Source: Vicinamibacterales bacterium (lineage in GTDB: Bacteria > Acidobacteriota > Vicinamibacteria > Vicinamibacterales > CAVVIG01). From it: a stretch of DNA of 64,000 bases. Location of the stretch: the NCBI GenBank assembly GCA_965197865.1, contig CBDANZ010000004.1, positions 113,577-177,576 of the forward strand, given 5' to 3'. The number at the start of each line of letters is the position of its first letter. Within the stretch, counting starts at the first letter, position 1. The translations under genes were made by a program, and so were the position numbers. Of the stretch, positions 59,064 to 64,000 are shown one piece after another. A model generated the notes under the pieces. The model searched no databases. It was not told where the DNA came from and saw only the letters and a program-made list of their open reading frames with translations.

Positions 59064-59847
59064 GGCGTTGTTGCACGAATCGTCACTGGCCCGCACGATG
59101 CCAATCGACAGGATCATCCTCACCTGCCGATGCGATATGACACTGGTCGGCCGAGCTCGGTCATCCGGTTGAGGATCTCACAGCCGAGGACGACCTCACT
59201 CCCCTGCCCAGCTGGACTCCGGGCGCGAAGGCCATCGCCGATGATGGACTTGTCAGCGTGTGGACACGGATCACGCCGGACTGATCGACGCCAAGATGGA
59301 GCTTCCGCCAGCCACGCCTGCCGCGGCCACCGTGTGTCGCGGCCGCCCACTCACCGGCCCCGACGATGGACAGACCCGTGCTGTCGAGCACGAGATGGAG
59401 GCCCTCGCCGGGCGGGACCAGTCGCAAACGGCGCCTCAGATGCTGACTGCGCCGGGAGAGCGTCGTAGAGTCGGGGGCGGAGAGGTCGAGGCGCATCATC
59501 CCGAACAGGGCGTGCAGGAATCCTTCGGCTTGGCGCAGCGGGAGATGGGAGAGGAGCCGCAGGGTCAGGGCGGTCTCGGCGGCGAGATCCGAGTAGCGCC
59601 GCTGCCCGCCCCGCCGGCCACTCCGGCCGGGCGTCCAGGCAGCGATCGCTTCCGAGGACACCCACACCGTCACATCGCCGCGTCGAACGAGGGCCTGATT
59701 GTAGGCCGCCCAGTTCGCCACCCGATACTTCGTCTTATACCTGGGATGAACCTTCGACTGCATCCCCGTAGTGTGGCTCCTGCGGAGGGTCCCGAGAAGT
59801 GCGGGCCACGCCGCCCCACCCGCAGCGGGTATTCATGCAACAACGCC
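59064..59847 (-). mobile_element. IS5-family IS, second type, internal-deletion derivative (784 bp)
   Basis: Ends GGCGTTGTTGCACGAATCG (starting at 59064) and GGGTATTCATGCAACAACGCC (ending at 59847). The transposase N-part is 59161..59763; the last ~45 codons (..EVVLGCEILNRMTELGRPVSYRIGR) are in another frame. Confidence 0.8.
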
Positions 59848-60492
59848 GGTCCACGAGCTCGCGGAGGAATGCCGCACAGACCTTCCGATTCTCGGTGGCC
59901 GTTTGCACGAACCCGAGGAGCACTTTCTCCCCGGTGATCATGATGCCGACGGCCGCGACCCTCTCATCCTCCGCGAACGTCTTGCCGTCGAGGAGCCGGG
60001 CGACCACGTCGTCGCGGTCGAGGCGCCGTTCCAGCCGTTCCTGCAGCTTTCGCGCACTGGCCCGCTTGAAGCGACGCGACACCGTCGAGGCGCTCAAGCC
60101 GAAGGCCTCCGGGACCGCCTCCGCGCACCGCTCGTATTCTCGGGTGGACAAGCCGCCGAGGACCTTGTGCAGCAGCCCGGCGTCGCGGGTGCGCGGTGCC
60201 TGCAACCGCTCGTAGGTGGGCAGCGGCACCTCCTGGTTCCGCAGGCGATCGCGCACCCGCGGCACCGCGAGCGGAATCTTCTGATCGGCCAAGTAAATCG
60301 ACCCCGTTGCGCCGTCCAGCGCACGCGGCCCAGCCGCCGGCCCTCCCGCACATACCGCTCGCCAGCGAGCCGCTCCACATCGGCCTGCCACTCGACGTGC
60401 ACCTTCTCGAGCGCCACCGGAATCAGCGCCTGGATCAACGCAATGCGCGTGTCCAGGTCCGGGGCCGCCATCGACGGTACCGGCACCAGGCC
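59848..60492 (-). pseudogene. partial, frame-shifted copy of the type 3 IS256-family element (5' half)
   Basis: Matches 39800..40455 (..IYLADQKIPLAVPRVRDRLRNQEVPLPTYE..VLLGFVQTATENRKVCAAFLRELVDR). Cut at 59847 by the IS5-type element, and carries internal indels. Confidence 0.85.
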
Positions 60493-60542
60493 GACCTCCA
60501 GGCTGGGCTGCAGCGACAACCGGCCCCTGACGCGATAAGCCG

Positions 60543-60734
60543 CGGCGATCGAACGTCGTCGGCATCTTTCCGAATCCCGCCGCGGTGACTCGGCTCGTGG
60601 GGGCGATTCTGCTGGAGCAGGACGACGAGTGGACGGTGGCCGAGCGCCGCTACTTCAGCGCAGAGTCGATGCAGCAACTCACCACGCCGACCCTGTCGAG
60701 CACGACCCAGGAGATTCTGGCAGCGATTGCGTAA
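60543..60734 (+). pseudogene. IS256-family transposase C-terminal scrap (a further type)
   Basis: [43 protein letters not shown].. is the conserved Mutator-transposase C-terminus. Stop at 60732..60734. Confidence 0.75.
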
Positions 60735-60787
60735 CGGGTGGAGAGCTCAGGAACGACACCACTGAATTTCCACCACTTGACGGGGCA

Positions 60788-62320
60788 CTACCTCGCCCAT
60801 TGCAGGGATTCGGAGAGATGCTGGTGTAGCACTGCGAATCCAAAGTGGAGGCCACCCACCTGGGCATTGTGATCCGCCGTGGCTCGATATTTCTCGGGGT
60901 CACAGAGCAGATCTACTGCCTCAGTCGCCGCCCGAGTCAAGGTCTGGTTTGGAATCTGGACAAGCCCCCGTCTACCGGTTTCCGGAAGGATCTTGTCCGC
61001 CAACGAGACCACACGGAAGCCCTTCGGGCCAATATCCTCCTTGTAGACGGGGTATTCGAACACGATGGTTGGGAGCCGAGCGGCGAACGCTTCAATGAGC
61101 TGATTCCCGAATCCTTCCCATCGCGTTGGGTAGATGACGAAGTCAGCCATCGAATACATGTCTGGGTACAACGCATACAGCCCATCAGCTTCGGACCGAA
61201 TCGGCCGAACAATATCACCAGCGTAGATCCAGCGAATGCCCATCTCGTCGAACAGGCGGTAGACATCGTCCCGATACTTCTCGAACGCCCGTTCAGGACG
61301 GCCAGCCAAGATCAGCACGATCTGGCTGTCGCGGCCAAACATTGCCCCCGTCGGCAACGCTCGACCATCGAGCCTGTGACGCAGACGGTTGATCCCCGCT
61401 GTCACGTGGCCTGCCACTTCGACCTGTTTATTGGGCACGATGCGAGCCCCTAAAAGAAGGATCACGTCGCTGGCCTTGAGCGCGAACCTTTCACGGAGGC
61501 GCTGCCGGAGGCGCGTGCGCTCTGGAGCGTCAGCGGGCTTCCCAAACTCGATGGTGTCGTGAATGACTGATGCCGCAACGCCACGCTGTGCCAACGCTCG
61601 TTGATTACGTGTATTGATGGTCCAATGCATCAGATTGCTCATCCGGGGTGGGTAATAGCTGTCGAGCAGTTGTCGGGCCAACCCGCATGTCGGGCTGAAC
61701 TTGTAGGCGCCTTCGCTGAGAATGTCGTGATGAATCGCAACGCACCGGATCTGCGTGACCCGGAGCAGCTGAGTCAAAGCGACTGTTGCGGCGGCGTGAA
61801 TCGGCAGACACAGGAGGTTGTGGACGAAAACCACGTCTGGGCGAAACGCCTCCAGGACGTCCCGCAGGTCCTGGCGCAGGGCCGCCGTCGAGGCCTCGAA
61901 CGCCTGCGTCAGCGCATCCTCGTTGTCGAAATCGCCTATGTGCGAGCCAAAGAGATTGCGCATCATGGTAGTGACTGCGTCGCTATCGAACTCCAACGCG
62001 GCAATTGGGAACTCGGACCACGAATAGGCGGAGCTCACCGCCACCTCATGTCCCTCGGCTTCCAGCATCGCCCGCCGCTTCATCATCTCTAACGAGACGC
62101 CGTCAGTGCCTGCAGAATCCCCGGGATCCTGTAGTCCTGTGAGACGCGTGCGATCGGCGGGAGCCGATCGGAAATGCCACATGAGTATTCGCATCAAGTC
62201 CGCATAGTCTCCCACAGCGTGATCCGCGCGACAGGGGGGGAACAGATCGTCATCGTATGGTGCGAGAAAACGGCCGAGGCGAGTGAATCCCCGAGACAAC
62301 GTGGGTGATGGCGGCGTCAT
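60788..62320 (-). CDS. glycosyltransferase, GT-B fold (GT4-like), 510 aa
   Basis: C-terminal signature ..YPTRWEGFGNQLIEAFAARLPTIV... The N-terminal ~130 aa are unassigned. Confidence 0.7.
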   Translation of the reverse strand: MTPPSPTLSRGFTRLGRFLAPYDDDLFPPCRADHAVGDYADLMRILMWHFRSAPADRTRLTGLQDPGDSAGTDGVSLEMMKRRAMLEAEGHEVAVSSAYSWSEFPIAALEFDSDAVTTMMRNLFGSHIGDFDNEDALTQAFEASTAALRQDLRDVLEAFRPDVVFVHNLLCLPIHAAATVALTQLLRVTQIRCVAIHHDILSEGAYKFSPTCGLARQLLDSYYPPRMSNLMHWTINTRNQRALAQRGVAASVIHDTIEFGKPADAPERTRLRQRLRERFALKASDVILLLGARIVPNKQVEVAGHVTAGINRLRHRLDGRALPTGAMFGRDSQIVLILAGRPERAFEKYRDDVYRLFDEMGIRWIYAGDIVRPIRSEADGLYALYPDMYSMADFVIYPTRWEGFGNQLIEAFAARLPTIVFEYPVYKEDIGPKGFRVVSLADKILPETGRRGLVQIPNQTLTRAATEAVDLLCDPEKYRATADHNAQVGGLHFGFAVLHQHLSESLQWAR

Positions 62321-62372
62321 CCGGCTCTCGCCCGCGCGCTCGAAGACCTTGGTGGGCGTGTGGTCAAAAAAC

Positions 62373-62639
62373 TCATGCGGCCGGTCGGTAGTAGAATTTC
62401 AGGAGGCCCCCGAGACGCTCGCGGCATCGCACGGGTCTGTTCTGGCCCATCTCCTCGCACGGAAAGAGGAGGAGGTTGTCCTTCCCTTGGTGGTTCCGCT
62501 CGCCGTGGAAGTGTTCGACATACGCGCGCAACGCGGTTCGTAGCGCCGGTTCGCCGACCAGAATCAGCTTCGCGAGGCACTCGTCCTTCGCCGATACCGC
62601 CGGCAGGATGATCACGTCGTCGCCCTGATCCAAGTTCAT
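62373..62639 (-). pseudogene. duplicated 3' fragment of the rve transposase gene
   Basis: ..[71 protein letters not shown] parallels the C-terminus of 62683..63666. Confidence 0.8.
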
Positions 62640-62682
62640 GCCCCGCCAGCTTCGCCTCGCCGTCCCCGTGTGGTCAAAAAAC

Positions 62683-63694
62683 TCATGCGGCCGGTCGGTA
62701 GTAGAACTTCAGGAGGCCCCCGAGACGCTCGCGGCATCGCACGGGCCCGTGCTGGCCCATCTCCTCGCACGGAAAGAGGAGGAGGGTGCCCTTCCCTTGG
62801 TGGTTCCGCTCGCCGTGGAAGTGTTCGACGTACGCGCGCAACGCGGTTCGTAGCGCCGGTTCGCCGACCAGAATCAGCTTCGCGAGGCACTCGTCCTTCA
62901 CCGATCGCACCCAGCGCTCCGCATACGCATTCAGATTCGGGCTGCGTGGGGGCAATCGCACCGGCCTCACACCACCGTCCCGGACGGCCTCGTCGAACGC
63001 GGGGCAGTACTTGCCGTCTCGATCGTGAATCAGATACCGATGGTTGGCGAGGCCGCCCACATCAGCCATCGTGAGGTTCCGCGCGACTTGGGTCATCCAG
63101 CGTTCGTCCGGGAAGGGGGGTACTCCCGCGATCTGGACCCGACGCGTCGCCACATGGATGACAAACACGACGGAATACGTCACCAGGCCGCGCGCCGTCC
63201 ACACCTCGGTCGTGAAGAAATCCGTCGCCGCCAGTACCTCCTGGTGGGCGCGAATGAAGTCCTTCCACGTGGTGGTGTGCTTGCGCGCCGGCGCAGGCGG
63301 AATGCCGTGGCGTTTCAGGATGTTGCCGACGGTCTGGTCGCTCACCGCATAGCCGAGGTTGGCGAGGGCCCCGGCGATGCGGTCGTAGCCCCAGTCACGG
63401 TTGTCGGTGGCGACCCGGACAATCAGCTGCTCAATCGTTCCATCCACGCTGGGCCGCCCCGGATAGGTTCGCTTCTTTGAGCCATCACACTTCTTGGCGA
63501 CCAGCCGCCGGTGCCAGGCCAGGATTGTCTCGGGCCGGACGACGCTTGCGATCTCCGCGAGGGCCTTGCGGCCCAGCCGCTTGCCAATCTGAGCCAACGT
63601 CCGGCGCTCTCCGTCGCTCAGGGTCACGCGGCCAGGGATGTGCGCCCTGAGGATACGGTTCTCCACGGCGAGATACTCGTTCCTCCGGAGGAGC
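62683..63694 (-). pseudogene. rve-domain (IS481/IS3-like) transposase, N-terminally truncated by IS256 type 2 copy 2
   Basis: HTH region and rve core ([30 protein letters not shown]). The frame stays open upstream of the annotated GTG (..[12 protein letters not shown]) as far as the IS IR at 63695. Confidence 0.8.
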
Positions 63695-64000
63695 GGGGAT
63701 GTCCCTCTAGCTGTTGAAATTTAAAGCGGCGGCTCCCTGCTGGTCGTGATAGACGGCCGGTGGGAAAACCTGGGGCTGAAGCCCCCAGAAAGGAGCCGCC
63801 ATGAAGAAGTTTGGCACAGGCGTTCGTGGGCGCCAATCAGCATTGCCGGCACCACGGCACCTTCCATTGGTCGACATCCTGGTCGATGCACAGGCCGAGC
63901 TCCAAGAGCTGGTCGTCGCGTCGGGCCTGAAGGTCCTCGCGGCGATGTTGGAAGCGGATCGCGTGGCCGTGTGCGGTCCGCGGTATGCGCATCAGCCCGC
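63695..64000 (+). mobile_element. IS256-family IS, type 2, copy 2 (5' part; continues beyond window)
   Basis: Reads the same as 2257..2562, including the left IR and the transposase start (ATG 63801, MKKFGTGVRGRQ..). Confidence 0.9.

Overview
High-GC bacterial accessory DNA saturated with insertion sequences. By my coordinates roughly 40% of the 64 kb is IS-derived: four copies of one IS256-family element, two further IS256-family types, two IS3-family types, and IS5-, IS6-, IS110-, IS21-, IS1380-, IS1182-type and rve/IS481-like elements. Many are nested or truncated, and there are two MITE-like elements. Plasmid/ICE backbone relics are scattered through the window: a VirB9/TrbG fragment, a ParA remnant with an RHH gene, two dead resolvases with res-like sites, and a HigB-like toxin fragment. 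Apparently intact cargo comprises a quinol-type NO reductase, a lytic transglycosylase, a Calx-beta autotransporter with five near-identical 327-bp repeats, a MOSC protein, a SAM methyltransferase, a PQQ sugar dehydrogenase, an acyl-CoA ligase, a SprT-like protease and a GT4 glycosyltransferase. Three loci stand out. (i) A decayed four-gene helicase/nuclease island at 33.2-43.0 kb (AddB-like nuclease, AddA/UvrD-like helicase-nuclease, membrane-anchored zinc-ribbon DEDD exonuclease, Ski2-like helicase) carries two in-frame TAGs, a C9 tract at the helicase start and a fresh IS insertion. (ii) An AT-richer, translationally coupled three-gene operon at 48.7-51.2 kb ends in a ComEC-type MBL hydrolase. 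(iii) A small zinc-ribbon gene and a gene with a possible HEPN motif at 2.0-4.5 kb are split by an IS. No rRNA, tRNA or CRISPR array was seen. All family assignments rest on motif recognition by eye; no database search was run.
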